Shown here: one piece after another, positions 19,801 to 29,959 of the stretch
How positions within the stretch are numbered: the first letter of the stretch is position 1
Layout of the letters: every line of letters begins with the position of its first letter
Origin: a virus
Lineage: Duplodnaviria; Caudoviricetes
DNA: 64,000 bases
Direction: 5' to 3' (one strand)
IMG/VR virus record: IMGVR_UViG_3300021255_000152
Location: 74,029-138,028 of that record
Position numbers and translations under genes: made by a program
Notes under the pieces: generated by a model
The model's input: the letters and a program-made list of their open reading frames with translations, nothing else
Databases searched by the model: none
Told to the model about the DNA's origin: nothing

Positions 19801-20679
19801 ATAAATATCCAGCGAATTAGCACAAAGTTCTTCATAGTTAAGATTTGTTTGCGCCAAATGCTCAATAATTTCTTCTTCAGACTGAAGATAGGCAAATTCA
19901 TAGAATGAATCAATTTCACGTTCGCCATCTTTGGAATTAAGATATGCTTTATGTACATATCTATCTTCTTTTTTAAGATAATGTGCGTCTGTGCCAATAA
20001 CAATTTTCTTTTTATATGCCTTGGCAATAGAAGACATTCTGTTATTTACGGCTAACTGGTCAGGCGAAGTACCTGGAGCGATCTCACAATAAAAATCATC
20101 GCCAAATAATTCATTCATATAAAGCATAAAATCGTTGATTTCTTTCTTTAAAGAATGAATTTTATCTGGAGATTCATTTCTATTCTCAGCTCGCACCAAC
20201 TCTAAAATTGTGCTTGAAAGAAAACCACCAATACAAGCACTGGTCGCAATTAGATGGCCCTTGCCATGCTTATTAATTATATTTTCTAATTCTGAATACA
20301 GAGTTGGAACTCTCTCTAATCCTCGATCCATATAACTCTGCATCCAAGAGGTTGAAGATAATTCTCTCATCATTCTCCAACCAATTTTATCTTTGCAAAT
20401 CAAAATAAAGTGATAATATTTTATCCCTTTATCTCGTGTATTTGTCAAATATATTTCATTACCAATAGCGACTTTAAAATCTGGCTTTACCTTTTGGATT
20501 TCTTGTGCAAATAGATTAATTTCTGGCGCAGCTGCGACTGTTTCATGATCTGTAATCGCAATTCCCGCAAGCCCTAATTCGATAGCACGATTAATTAAAT
20601 CCTTTGGTTTATTGATACTATCAATAATTCTAAAGTTACTATAATGCGTATGAGAATGCGGCTCGAATCTTTTCTGCAT
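16789..20679 (-). CDS. dnaE: DNA polymerase III alpha subunit (family C, PHP domain)
   Basis: HSHTHYS, AITDH, DAHY, GRGS, DIDID, HASG, KFDFL, YSFS..HA, OB-fold C-terminus. Confidence 0.96.
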   Translation of the reverse strand: MQKRFEPHSHTHYSNFRIIDSINKPKDLINRAIELGLAGIAITDHETVAAAPEINLFAQEIQKVKPDFKVAIGNEIYLTNTRDKGIKYYHFILICKDKIGWRMMRELSSTSWMQSYMDRGLERVPTLYSELENIINKHGKGHLIATSACIGGFLSSTILELVRAENRNESPDKIHSLKKEINDFMLYMNELFGDDFYCEIAPGTSPDQLAVNNRMSSIAKAYKKKIVIGTDAHYLKKEDRYVHKAYLNSKDGEREIDSFYEFAYLQSEEEIIEHLAQTNLNYEELCANSLDIYNKIENFSIQHKQQIPRVKVKDYPKPVSRQGDFFENNYPTLSSMYISDDIYERYWVNTCIKKLNELNKNTPTYLARLEEEADIKRTIGEKLETNMFCYPVTLQHYINMFWDCGSMVGAGRGSSCSGLNHYLLGVTQLDPIQWNLPFFRYLNKERIELGDIDIDLCPSKRPMIIEKIKEERGQNFNADVDDLARRNLGCTLIATYGTESTKSAILTACRGYRSEDFPNGIDVDQAQYLSSLVPSERGFIWPLEDVMYGNVEKERQPIIQFINEVENYPGLIDIMLGIQGLIKQRGSHASGVIFFDEDPYEFGAFMKTPGGDVITQFDLHMCESMGMTKFDFLVTDVQDKLVETIRLLQENGEIESDLTLRQVYDKYFHPEVLPLDDKKAWDAIENGTVINIFQFDSMVGAQAAKKIQPKTILELADANGLMRLMTAEKGAETPMDKYVRYKKDISLWYDEMRKAGLSPEEQKTLEPYFLSSYGVPPSQEQLMTMLMDPNICGFTLGEANSARKIVGKKQMSKIPELREKVYKQAKSEALGRYVWQYGAGPQMGYSFSIIHALAYSFIGFQTAYIGTHFNPIYWNTACLTVNSGSVGGGSTNYVKMAKALGDIMNEGIKVSLVDINRSALGFEPDIENNQILFGLKSMLNVGDDVIDAAIANRPYKSPKEFLMKVHPNKQAMISLIKGGAFDNMMDRKELMAWYIWETCDKKQRLTLQNMNSLIKYKILPEDNPSIKKARSVYEFTRYLKKICATPQKTVYRLTDRAINFLTKIEREDLIENDLTLDAKKWDKVYQTYMDTLRSWITANKDIALQNLNDIIFKDDWEKYASGTLSAWEMEVLCFYYHEHELAHLNMKKYGYQNFNDIPEEPVVVETYRTKTGHTINRFQLARICGTCIAKDKVRSTVTLLTTNGVVDVKFRKEYFALFDKQISALGSDGVKHVIEKSWFNRGNMIVVQGIRNGDTFIPRKYSNSQGHQLYKIAEIFPNGDITLQTTRAQGEYDEDD

Positions 20680-20732
20680 CGGGCAATCTCTCCTTTTCTA
20701 ATTATATTATAACATATTTTTTTATAAAAAGT

Positions 20733-21365
20733 TTATTTTATTTTGCGCGGATTCTCTTCTATTTGTTTTGTTCCAAAATATCTATTATAAAAATCTAACC
20801 ATAAATAAAATAGTGGTATAAATTGCGTTGGAATCCAAGCAAAACTTGCGCAAATAACTAATATATCTGGTGTGGGAATGTCGAATAAGTTGTAGTTAGT
20901 TATTATATCTGTTTTAAATTTTTCTTTATTTAATAATTCTTCGGGAAAGGGCGAAGAAGTTTCATTGGCCAACCACAAATATTCTTTTAAACGATTATTT
21001 TCTTCTAATTTTAATGCCCAGTTTCCACAATATAGATCAGAATTTGCTCTTGGATAACCACAATCATGATGATGATCTATATTTATAACATTATATTGAT
21101 ATTCATCGGAAGTGTAATCATATAATTGATCATGGTCAAAAACAAAGTGTATATTTTCTTGTGGCAAAAAATTAAATAAATGAAAAATATACATAGAAAT
21201 ATATGAGTATTTGTTTAAATCTGCATTACAATATTTTATTAAATCATTAATTTGAATGGCAATATCTTCTACACAAAATTCTTCATTTATAAAATTATTA
21301 TATAGCTCAATACTTGGTGCCATAATTATATCAAAATCAATTGTTACAATATTTTTTACTTCCAT
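20733..21365 (-). CDS. Putative metal-dependent hydrolase (arginase/UPF0489-like)
   Basis: TIDFD, FDHD, NIDHHHD, CGNW motifs. Confidence 0.5.
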   Translation of the reverse strand: MEVKNIVTIDFDIIMAPSIELYNNFINEEFCVEDIAIQINDLIKYCNADLNKYSYISMYIFHLFNFLPQENIHFVFDHDQLYDYTSDEYQYNVINIDHHHDCGYPRANSDLYCGNWALKLEENNRLKEYLWLANETSSPFPEELLNKEKFKTDIITNYNLFDIPTPDILVICASFAWIPTQFIPLFYLWLDFYNRYFGTKQIEENPRKIK

Positions 21366-21366
21366 A

Positions 21367-22575
21367 CTATTTTCTCACTATAATAAGCTTATCTCTAGCC
21401 CTAGTTACTGCTGTATATAACCAGCGCCTATGTTCATCGCCCCAAGGAAAATCTTCTTCAAATACTAATACTTTATTGTATTCACTACCTTGTGCTTTAT
21501 GGGCAGTAATGGCATATCCATAATCAAATTGATGAGGATGGAATTTTCTATTTACTCGTCTGAAATTATCAGCAGTAATACTTGGTTCCCATGTAGTAAA
21601 TAATTTATAATCCATATTTACTTGATTAAATACTGCCTGTCCATATAAAACAGCATCATCATTTTCGTCATAATGGTCAGGAATAAAGTCCGCATACATT
21701 AAGGTATCTATATACTTCTTGGGAATTAAACTTCCCATATTATTTTCTTTATATTCTATATTCTCTACAAAGCCAGTTAGTCCATTAACAAGTACATCAC
21801 CAGCTTCATTTACCGCATCCCAATCGTTGCGCAAACAGATTACTTTATCTCCTGGAACTGGGGCTTTTGGCACATCATGTCCGAAATAATATTCTCTCAT
21901 TAAGTCATTATAGAAATGGCGTGTTTGATTTTTTGCCACGATTATTTGGTCTGCCCATTTCAACATACCACTGACTACTTGTGATTGAGATACAACTCGC
22001 ACTTCTTTACCAGAGAATAAAGAAAGTTGTTTGCCCGCACGAATATCCATTGAAATTCTAATAATTTCTGATTCTTGTGCTTGACGCATAATTTCATCAA
22101 GAAATACATGCGGATGCTGCAATACTCCGTTATCGTCTGTCAAAGGAGGTAACTGACCAGGGTCTCCAAGAGCGATAACATATATGCGATGGCTTAACAA
22201 TAATTCCCACATAGCTTTTGGTAACATTGATACTTCATCAACAACTATTACTTTATACGGATATTCTAAGGGTCTGCGCGGCATGTGAAAAAAAGTCCCA
22301 TCTTTTCTTGGATATGACTGATACAATAATTTGTGCGCGGTCATAGCATTTTGATTGCCTTTTTCTTTTAATACTAACGCAGCTTTACCCGTATATGCGA
22401 TATAGCATACATCGAAAGGAGGAATCCCGAGTGCTTGTATAATAAACTGGACAAGTGTGCTCTTACCTGAACCAGCGTAGCCCGAAATACAAGTGTATGG
22501 TTTATGTTCTTTGTACCGCTTTACCGCAATTTCAAGACCCTGCTTTTGGTTTTCTGTTAAAATAATATCTTCCAA
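21367..22575 (-). CDS. SF1B RecD/Dda-like helicase
   Basis: GYAGSGKS, DEVSM, GDPGQLPP, YAITAHKAQGSE, YTAVTRA. Confidence 0.93.
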   Translation of the reverse strand: MEDIILTENQKQGLEIAVKRYKEHKPYTCISGYAGSGKSTLVQFIIQALGIPPFDVCYIAYTGKAALVLKEKGNQNAMTAHKLLYQSYPRKDGTFFHMPRRPLEYPYKVIVVDEVSMLPKAMWELLLSHRIYVIALGDPGQLPPLTDDNGVLQHPHVFLDEIMRQAQESEIIRISMDIRAGKQLSLFSGKEVRVVSQSQVVSGMLKWADQIIVAKNQTRHFYNDLMREYYFGHDVPKAPVPGDKVICLRNDWDAVNEAGDVLVNGLTGFVENIEYKENNMGSLIPKKYIDTLMYADFIPDHYDENDDAVLYGQAVFNQVNMDYKLFTTWEPSITADNFRRVNRKFHPHQFDYGYAITAHKAQGSEYNKVLVFEEDFPWGDEHRRWLYTAVTRARDKLIIVRK

Positions 22576-22633
22576 AATAGATGCCTCCTTTCATTTATTA
22601 TAACATAATTAATTTGTTTTGACAAAAAAGAGG

Positions 22634-22900
22634 TTATTTAACCCCTTTTGTTCTTGTATTAGTAGTAGTGCTTTCATATATCCAATTATCTGGATCTAAT
22701 TGTGTAGTATGATTTGTTACTGTGTAATTATAATCAGAGCTAGTCCAGGTTGGGCCATATTCCCACCAATTAGGATAATGTGGATAAACAGGATAAGGAG
22801 CATAATGAGTACATAGCTCATTTGTTTTATCGCACTTGCCGCAAGGTAAATAATATTTACATCCAGTGAAGTTTAAATCTAAATTTAATTCTTTTGCCAT
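22634..22900 (-). CDS. Small Cys-rich hypothetical protein
   Basis: GGAGG RBS; CKYYLPCGKCDKTNELC. Confidence 0.55.
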   Translation of the reverse strand: MAKELNLDLNFTGCKYYLPCGKCDKTNELCTHYAPYPVYPHYPNWWEYGPTWTSSDYNYTVTNHTTQLDPDNWIYESTTTNTRTKGVK

Positions 22901-22981
22901 AATTTCCTCCAAAAAATACTATGGGCATTTTTATTTTAGGTTTTCGATACACACATTCAGTGCCGGCCGATCCAGACCCTT

Positions 22982-24730
22982 TTAGAAATACCACTGAGTC
23001 CCTAATATGTCATAATCCTTGATCATAAGTTGTGGGCCATTATCCCATCCTGTATTGCGTGCGCATGTTCCAATAACATCTATCATGACAGTTTGATCAA
23101 TGCTACTTGGAAGCAAATTTTTATATTCATCTTCTGATACATTGAACTTAACAGCACTTAATCCAGAAGGGAACGTAATTTTAAGTGTTGAACCAAATAA
23201 TTTAGTATTATCTTCTGTAATAGGAACGCCTTGAATTAATACAAGAGGCTCTTCTACTCCTTGGCCCCACAAATCCTTGGCATCTGCTATTTCAAGAATA
23301 TCTAAATTATCTATCTTGTTTGGTAAATATGAAACATCTACAACATAAGAAGTTCCAAAATCTGCATCTTTTAATTTTTCATTTGAATAAGCAATAAACT
23401 TATCAACATTTGAATCTAAGATGGCTAAACCCAAAGCATTGTCATGTCCTTGTGCCAAGCTAAAGAAGCCACTATCATTCGCGAATTCTTGAAGAGATGG
23501 AACTGAATCATTAACTGGGTTGCGGCCAGAGCCAGCCCATAAGACTTCTCCTGTTTCTGGATCGAAAGTCTGATTCAATAACATAACAGGATGGCCATAT
23601 TTAGACATAACCTTGTTCGCAATTAATCCAGTGATAGATTTACTTTCTTCTGTTGGATTTTCCCATTTAATAAGGATAATCTTATTTTGATCCAAATGTT
23701 CATTCTGGATTTTTTTACATACTTCATCAAAAATAGTATCTCTTGCTTTATCCTGTCTTTTCTTAACATTGGTACATGTACGCACAGCCTGTTCAACAAT
23801 AGTTTCCATGTCTCCTGGCTTATGGCCTCGCTTAATTGAAGGCACTAATGTATATGCTTTTTGTTCAAGCATTGATTCAAAAAGACATTCTTTTTCTTGT
23901 TGCGTTCCAACTCTCGTAACTGCATTAACAGAAGGAGCAATATACCAAGCAACTCCTTCTGGAGAAGGCTGATCACTCTTTAATGAATATTCATTTTTGG
24001 CAACCATTGCCTTTAAGAATGGATTGTTTATATTAGTAAGACCCAGACTAATTAATTCATGCGTTTCATAGTCTTTTAGCTCCATTACATCGGCAATAAT
24101 TCCAAGAGCAGCTAAATCCAACATTTCTTTTGCGTAAGAAGTCTCATTCATTTCGTCAATATATGAACAGAATTTATATACCATTCCAACTCCACTTAAA
24201 CTCTTTGTTGGATAGCCATCATCTAATTGATTATTGATAACAATCGCATCTTCTGAGTAATTAGTCGTATTGTGATGATCTATAATAATTACATCTACTC
24301 CCATTCGTTTAAGAATTTCATGCTTATCAAACTCGTTACTACCTGCATCTGGGCAAATAACAAGCTGTGGTCTTATTTGCTCAATTTCTTTCATTAATAG
24401 ACCGTGGCCTTTATCATCATGCATTGCCCATGAAACATGCTGTTGAGTAAAACCTGGAAAAAATTTGTATAAATAATTAATCATAAATGCGGCACTGGTA
24501 TAACCGTCGCAATCACTATCAACATTTACAAATATGTCATGTTGAGCTGCAATATGATATACTAGGCATCTCGCTGCTTCATGCATATTTTTAATAGATG
24601 CAGGATTTATAATATCTGCTTCAGTTACTCTTAAATAATGATCGGGATTCTCGATTCCCCTATTCCTCAATATCCCATATAATATAGATTCATTTTCTTT
24701 TCGTTTATCTTCTCGAATTGTATATTTCAT
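22982..24730 (-). CDS. recJ: RecJ-like DHH ssDNA exonuclease
   Basis: DSDCDG, PDAG, IIDHH, SGVG, GSGR, GHDNALG. Confidence 0.92.
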   Translation of the reverse strand: MKYTIREDKRKENESILYGILRNRGIENPDHYLRVTEADIINPASIKNMHEAARCLVYHIAAQHDIFVNVDSDCDGYTSAAFMINYLYKFFPGFTQQHVSWAMHDDKGHGLLMKEIEQIRPQLVICPDAGSNEFDKHEILKRMGVDVIIIDHHNTTNYSEDAIVINNQLDDGYPTKSLSGVGMVYKFCSYIDEMNETSYAKEMLDLAALGIIADVMELKDYETHELISLGLTNINNPFLKAMVAKNEYSLKSDQPSPEGVAWYIAPSVNAVTRVGTQQEKECLFESMLEQKAYTLVPSIKRGHKPGDMETIVEQAVRTCTNVKKRQDKARDTIFDEVCKKIQNEHLDQNKIILIKWENPTEESKSITGLIANKVMSKYGHPVMLLNQTFDPETGEVLWAGSGRNPVNDSVPSLQEFANDSGFFSLAQGHDNALGLAILDSNVDKFIAYSNEKLKDADFGTSYVVDVSYLPNKIDNLDILEIADAKDLWGQGVEEPLVLIQGVPITEDNTKLFGSTLKITFPSGLSAVKFNVSEDEYKNLLPSSIDQTVMIDVIGTCARNTGWDNGPQLMIKDYDILGTQWYF

Positions 24731-25830
24731 TACAATGATATCCTTTCGCTAAATAGTTTCAAATATGTTTCTTTGCCTTTATCAACAGGAGAATCTTTAT
24801 ATCCTGTTATCATGTTTTTATCAAATATAAAGCTAATCTTAACATAATTATTATATTTACTATGAATTTTCGTTAAATTCTTAGTTAATTTCTTAAATTC
24901 ATCATCACCAATTTCTTTAAACTGGCGGTCAAGGGCTACTATGACTTCACGCACTCCGCAGTCCATAAGCAAACTCATTTGATGTTCAGATATATTGCTG
25001 CCGCAGCACGCAACAGAAATATCGTTCTCATGCCCGAAATATGTCTGATATTTCAGACAAGATTTCTCTCCTTCAAAAATTACCGCACGTTTAGCTTTAT
25101 TAATATTCCTTTTGGAATTATTTAAATTATATAAAGCCATACTTAGAGGATGATTATATTGAATTTTATTTACAATTAATGGACGATATTTTCCATACAT
25201 TTCTGCATCTTCTTTACTTAGAGTTCTACCTCTAATTCCAATTAATCGTCCTATATCATCAAAGTGCGGAATAGTAATTTGATTTCCACCTGGAAAGTAC
25301 CCTATTTTATTATAATCAAGCACTTCTTGAGAAATTCCTTCTTCTAGCCAAGGAAGAAGTTTTACTTTATAATTAAATACTGTAAGGATGTTTTTCTCAA
25401 AAGGTTTTAACTCAACACCGTAATCTTTTAATTCAACTCTTTCAATCTTATCATATCGTTCAAAGATATCCCAATCGGAAAGCTTTTCGCCCTCTTCACT
25501 TACATAGGTTCCTGAAATTCCGAATCGAAATGCGATAAAACGCACTGCCTCATTAAGGTCAATATCTTTATGCTGTTGGATTGAAAATACTTTAATAGCT
25601 AATTCAAATATATCAAATGATTCATCGCCAGCTGTATATGAAGTGAATAGTCCTGAATTAGAATAATAGTAGAGTTTTCGCGAACCCTCACCAGGAGGAT
25701 TATGATCTATCGTTTCTGCGATAATACCCGTGCTTGAGTATTGAGGATTTCCACCCCAATCGGCAAGCAATTCAAATATATTATCTATATCAAGACTTTC
25801 TCTTATCTCTTGCTTGTCGTAATTAAGCAT
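24730..25830 (-). CDS. DNA primase (DnaG-like, TOPRIM)
   Basis: ITIPHFD..GRLIGIRGR, KY, FEGEKS, ALD; adjacent to the helicase. Confidence 0.85.
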   Translation of the reverse strand: MLNYDKQEIRESLDIDNIFELLADWGGNPQYSSTGIIAETIDHNPPGEGSRKLYYYSNSGLFTSYTAGDESFDIFELAIKVFSIQQHKDIDLNEAVRFIAFRFGISGTYVSEEGEKLSDWDIFERYDKIERVELKDYGVELKPFEKNILTVFNYKVKLLPWLEEGISQEVLDYNKIGYFPGGNQITIPHFDDIGRLIGIRGRTLSKEDAEMYGKYRPLIVNKIQYNHPLSMALYNLNNSKRNINKAKRAVIFEGEKSCLKYQTYFGHENDISVACCGSNISEHQMSLLMDCGVREVIVALDRQFKEIGDDEFKKLTKNLTKIHSKYNNYVKISFIFDKNMITGYKDSPVDKGKETYLKLFSERISL

Positions 25831-25838
25831 AATTCCTC

Positions 25839-27362
25839 CTAGAATGCACTTGGTTCAACTTGAATTTCAAAATCGTCAATTGGAACAAACTGATAACGCC
25901 AGTCAGTAGCGTACATTGGATTAACTCTACATGTACTCAAATCTGCCTTACACCATAGATAAATACCTACATATCTACCTCTACGGTTTTTATAAACAGA
26001 TAGTTTCAAATCTGGCTGTTCAAGTCCATTATCTTTAATTAAAGTCTCTAATGAGTCAATATCTTTTTGAGTTACTTTAAGTAAGATACTACCATAGTCA
26101 ATTTTATCTGCTATGGATTTTGCTCCACGAAGTAAGTTCTGATCGGGGGTTTCTGATTCCTGATAATCTGCGTTTAACTGCGTCGCAGATTCAATAAAAA
26201 TATCGTATTTATTACACAAGTCTTTTAACTTAATAGAAAGCATGAATAATACGTTATCTTCTCTTAATTTAACTCCACCAGAACGACGAGTAATTTCCTC
26301 TAAAATTTTAATAGATGTATGAATATAATCATGAAAAACATATTTTACATTATGTTCTCGCAAATTCTTTTTAATTGTATCTTCAATATCCTGTAAAGAG
26401 AAATCTGGGAGTTCTTCTACATATATTGGAGAATGTTTTAATATATCTGCGGCTTTGCGTACCCTTTGAAGTTCATCACCTTCATATTGATTATTGATGA
26501 TATGTTCCTCATCCACGCAGGATAAAAATGCAATCATCATTGTCTGAATTTCTTCAAGCTCCTGTTCGGTTGAGATATATAGACATGGCTCTGCTACGCC
26601 ATTGCCAATCCATCCAAGCATTTTATCGTAAATCATATCTGCGCCAAGATAGCAACAATCTGCTATCATGGTACGAGATTTACCAACACCAGTAGCCGCA
26701 GAACGCAGATAAAATTTCTTTAGTCTTGCGCCACGGGTAACTCGATTAATAAAACGACCATATAAAGGAGAACCTACTTCTGGATAAGTCATTAATCGGT
26801 CAATTAAAGCATCAATGCCTTCTCCTGCATGGTGAGTTTCTCCAAAACTTCTGCTGACATAATTGATACGAATACTTTCAACCATTGTATCAACTTTATC
26901 TGCAATTTGTTCAAGAGTTAAATTATCTAATTCTTCCTCTTGGAGCTGAAGTTTCTTAGTATCAATTAAATTAGGGTCATATATAAAGGTAACATCAATT
27001 CCATATTTTTCATACGTGCGTAAAAGCGTCATTTTCTTCATTCGATTATAATAAAAATCAAACGCTGATGGTAACGCTTTTTCCGCAGCTGATTTAAGCC
27101 ATTGCTCGCCTTTATTAACGTTAAAGATAGCTTGGCTTTCTGGCTTTGTAGAAAAAAAGTCGCTGATATTTTCTACAGTAATTTCATCTGCGCCAAGATG
27201 ATAAATTCTTTCAATTGCGCCAAAGATAATTTTATGAAAATCAGTTGTAAAATCATCTGCATTAAATGAATATTTATCTGTATCATCTAATAAGGAGGGC
27301 TTGATAAATAAACTACCCAAAACTTGAACTATCGCAGTTTGATCTACGTATGCGCTACTCAT
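25839..27362 (-). CDS. Replicative helicase (DnaB-like)
   Basis: AATGVGKS, ISTE, HDYIH, ATQLN, KNRRG. Confidence 0.9.
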   Translation of the reverse strand: MSSAYVDQTAIVQVLGSLFIKPSLLDDTDKYSFNADDFTTDFHKIIFGAIERIYHLGADEITVENISDFFSTKPESQAIFNVNKGEQWLKSAAEKALPSAFDFYYNRMKKMTLLRTYEKYGIDVTFIYDPNLIDTKKLQLQEEELDNLTLEQIADKVDTMVESIRINYVSRSFGETHHAGEGIDALIDRLMTYPEVGSPLYGRFINRVTRGARLKKFYLRSAATGVGKSRTMIADCCYLGADMIYDKMLGWIGNGVAEPCLYISTEQELEEIQTMMIAFLSCVDEEHIINNQYEGDELQRVRKAADILKHSPIYVEELPDFSLQDIEDTIKKNLREHNVKYVFHDYIHTSIKILEEITRRSGGVKLREDNVLFMLSIKLKDLCNKYDIFIESATQLNADYQESETPDQNLLRGAKSIADKIDYGSILLKVTQKDIDSLETLIKDNGLEQPDLKLSVYKNRRGRYVGIYLWCKADLSTCRVNPMYATDWRYQFVPIDDFEIQVEPSAF

Positions 27363-27885
27363 TATTATCCTCCTTATCTAAATCTAAGAACGAAAACGAA
27401 GATTTCTTTTTGACTTTTCGTTCTGGAACTGGAATTGAAATTCGTATAGTTTTTGGTTCATATTTTTCTAATATCTTGGGAGTATCTTTGGCATGTTGGT
27501 TTGCTTCCCAGATAGAGTAAAAATAACGATATGCTTCATCATACATATATGGAACAATACCAATAGAGCCATTACCTTTTTCTATTGGTTCTTTTTTTAT
27601 TTCATATACATATTGCATCGTTCTAATCATGCCCGAATATGAAAAATTATTCTTTTCATGATAAGACTTAGCCAATCTCATAGTTCTTGGATAATCAAAT
27701 AATCTTCCAAATAATTGGCTACAATATTCTAATAACATATCGAAATCTTTTTCTTCTTTGGTTTTCGCCGCTTCGCGTTCATCATAACAGGTTTGATGTG
27801 CGTACCAGCGTCCCTTTTTGAAGGCTGGCTCTTTATCTGCATCAAATGTTTCTCCGCAAATGCGACACTTTACTAAATGTGCCAT
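27355..27885 (-). CDS. Zn-finger protein upstream of the helicase (possible loader/initiator)
   Basis: CRIC...HQTC; position in the replisome operon. Function is inference. Confidence 0.55.
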   Translation of the reverse strand: MAHLVKCRICGETFDADKEPAFKKGRWYAHQTCYDEREAAKTKEEKDFDMLLEYCSQLFGRLFDYPRTMRLAKSYHEKNNFSYSGMIRTMQYVYEIKKEPIEKGNGSIGIVPYMYDEAYRYFYSIWEANQHAKDTPKILEKYEPKTIRISIPVPERKVKKKSSFSFLDLDKEDNNE

Positions 27886-27904
27886 TTCGAGAATCTCCTA
27901 ACTT

Positions 27905-27933
27905 ATTATAACATATAAAATAAAAAGAGTCAA
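27905..27933 (-). promoter_or_regulatory. sigmaA-type promoter of the helicase/primase operon, overlapping a terminator
   Basis: TTGACT-N17-TATAAT with TG; hairpin aaaaagagtca/tgactcttttt. Confidence 0.7.
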
Positions 27934-27958
27934 TGTGTGACTCTTTTTATGAAGGGGT

Positions 27959-28921
27959 TTATAATTCTTTAATCTCATCTACGATAAGAGCAATGAATTC
28001 TGCTTGATCTCTTGTAGCCTCAGATGCCTTCTTGCCCTTGCCAAGATAGCGATTAACGATTTCAGTAATTTTAGGTCCATTTGAAGGATCTTTTCTCATT
28101 AAATCACCAGTAAGTTTCTGGAATTCTGCCATAAGTGCATCGAAGTCATATTCAGGAGCAATTACGTTAGAAATTCTTTCCTGCGTAACAAACTTGTTAT
28201 TTGTTTCAGCAGCTTCCTGGTCGATAGCTTTATTAAGAGCTTCAACAAGACTCTGATAGCTAAACGGAATTTCTGGTTCAATGTATTTGAAACGACAACC
28301 TGTATCTACTGAACCATCGAGAGAACGAAGAATTAATCTACGTTCGCCATTTATAATATCGGCGCAAGCGTAAATATCTGCCATTCCCTTAATGATTTCA
28401 TTTGCAGATTTCTGTGCTGTTGGAACCATTTGATTATATTCTGTTCCATCTTTCTTCTTAAAGGTTTTATCCGCAGAGTGAGAGATGAAACAAACCGCAT
28501 AACCAAGCTGAGCGATAGTTCTGAAAGAATCTTCAAATTCCTTCTTATATTTTGACCAGCCATTTGTACTCCAACCGCCATCACCAATGTTTTCAATACC
28601 AAGTTGATTACAGATGTATTTTTCACAGAGGGATGCCGCAATATCTACAGTGTCGATAATAATTGATTTATAAACCGCCTGAACTTCTGGTTTCTTTAAT
28701 TCTCTTAAAACTTGCTTAAATTCGCCCCAAGTTGTAATATCCTGTGCAATAACGCCAGGTAAAGCGTTATAACCTCTTTCAAAAGCGAGGATAAGAGCAC
28801 CTGGAAACTGGCTTCCAAAAGTAGTTTTACCTACCTTTGGAATGCCATATACATAGGTGATATATCCAGAGAGGTCGCGAGATACTTTATGAGGCTCAAT
28901 TTGTAATAAATTAATAGCCAT
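27959..28921 (-). CDS. Sak4-like AAA_24 ssDNA-annealing recombinase
   Basis: YGIPKVGKTT, FERG, IIIDTVD, FISH; next to SSB. Confidence 0.8.
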   Translation of the reverse strand: MAINLLQIEPHKVSRDLSGYITYVYGIPKVGKTTFGSQFPGALILAFERGYNALPGVIAQDITTWGEFKQVLRELKKPEVQAVYKSIIIDTVDIAASLCEKYICNQLGIENIGDGGWSTNGWSKYKKEFEDSFRTIAQLGYAVCFISHSADKTFKKKDGTEYNQMVPTAQKSANEIIKGMADIYACADIINGERRLILRSLDGSVDTGCRFKYIEPEIPFSYQSLVEALNKAIDQEAAETNNKFVTQERISNVIAPEYDFDALMAEFQKLTGDLMRKDPSNGPKITEIVNRYLGKGKKASEATRDQAEFIALIVDEIKEL

Positions 28922-28940
28922 ATATCATATCTCCTTTTAA

Positions 28941-29945
28941 TTAGAAATTAAAGTCGTCGTCTGTTGCAGGTAAATCAGGAGCCTTCTTTGTTGCTGTTGC
29001 TGCTGCTTTTGGAGCTGCGTTAGCTGCACCAATTGCATTGCCCTGAGAAGCCTTATATTCTTCTCTTCTCTGCTTGAGTTCAGCAAGAGTGTTTTCACGA
29101 GCCTGAGCTGCTGCCTTAAGATCGTCGAAGGTAATTGTTTCTTCAAGACCAAACTCATAAGGTTCTACTGCTGCCCAAGTGACAACATAATCCTTATTAG
29201 AAGTAGGAACTTCTCTTACGGAATCGTCACCAAACGCAGATTCTTCTCTAATTAAACGAACGCCCTGTTCAGAAATAATCTGACCCTTAATCTTTGTGAA
29301 GACAGGGTTCTTTGGACTTGCTTCGAGTCCTCTGAAGTAATCCATAGCCTTTTCATTTACAACAGAGAATGTAACTGGAAGCATATCTCCTCTGAAGTTA
29401 AAGATGCGACCATCAATGATTACCTTTGCAGGAGAAGTAACATTTCCTGCATCATCTTCGATAGCATCTCTATCGCGAGCACCAACGATAACTACATCTG
29501 CTTCAAATGTGTTACGCTGATTTTCATTTTCATTAATAGAAGTAGTTACATGAACGAATCCGCCCTCACATCTCTTTACAGATACAAGTTCCTCTGCACC
29601 ATTACGGTCAGAATAGAATTCGTTAAGACCAATAGTAGAATCAACACGAACCTTTGCCGCCTTATCTCCTACTTCTGGATCTGTGTAGCAACCAATCTTC
29701 TTATCAATAATACTCTTTAATGTTGTGAATGTTGCATTTTCCTTGCCCTGCTTTGTTGTAGCGGTAACATAGGTGAAATGAACTGGTACAATATTTGTCA
29801 TTGCGTTATTTGTTGCAACTTCAATTGCACCGCTAATAAATTCTGTGCCTGGCTTTTTGGAGTTAGGGCCAGAGACCTTTAATTCAAGACTATGCTGGTA
29901 TAAAACGCCTTCAATTCTAGTACCATTAATCATTCTCTTTTTCAT
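28941..29945 (-). CDS. Putative single-stranded DNA-binding protein
   Basis: Two OB-like halves, Ala-rich linker, acidic-aromatic tail DDDFNF. Confidence 0.65.
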   Translation of the reverse strand: MKKRMINGTRIEGVLYQHSLELKVSGPNSKKPGTEFISGAIEVATNNAMTNIVPVHFTYVTATTKQGKENATFTTLKSIIDKKIGCYTDPEVGDKAAKVRVDSTIGLNEFYSDRNGAEELVSVKRCEGGFVHVTTSINENENQRNTFEADVVIVGARDRDAIEDDAGNVTSPAKVIIDGRIFNFRGDMLPVTFSVVNEKAMDYFRGLEASPKNPVFTKIKGQIISEQGVRLIREESAFGDDSVREVPTSNKDYVVTWAAVEPYEFGLEETITFDDLKAAAQARENTLAELKQRREEYKASQGNAIGAANAAPKAAATATKKAPDLPATDDDFNF

Positions 29946-29959
29946 TTTAATAATTCTCC

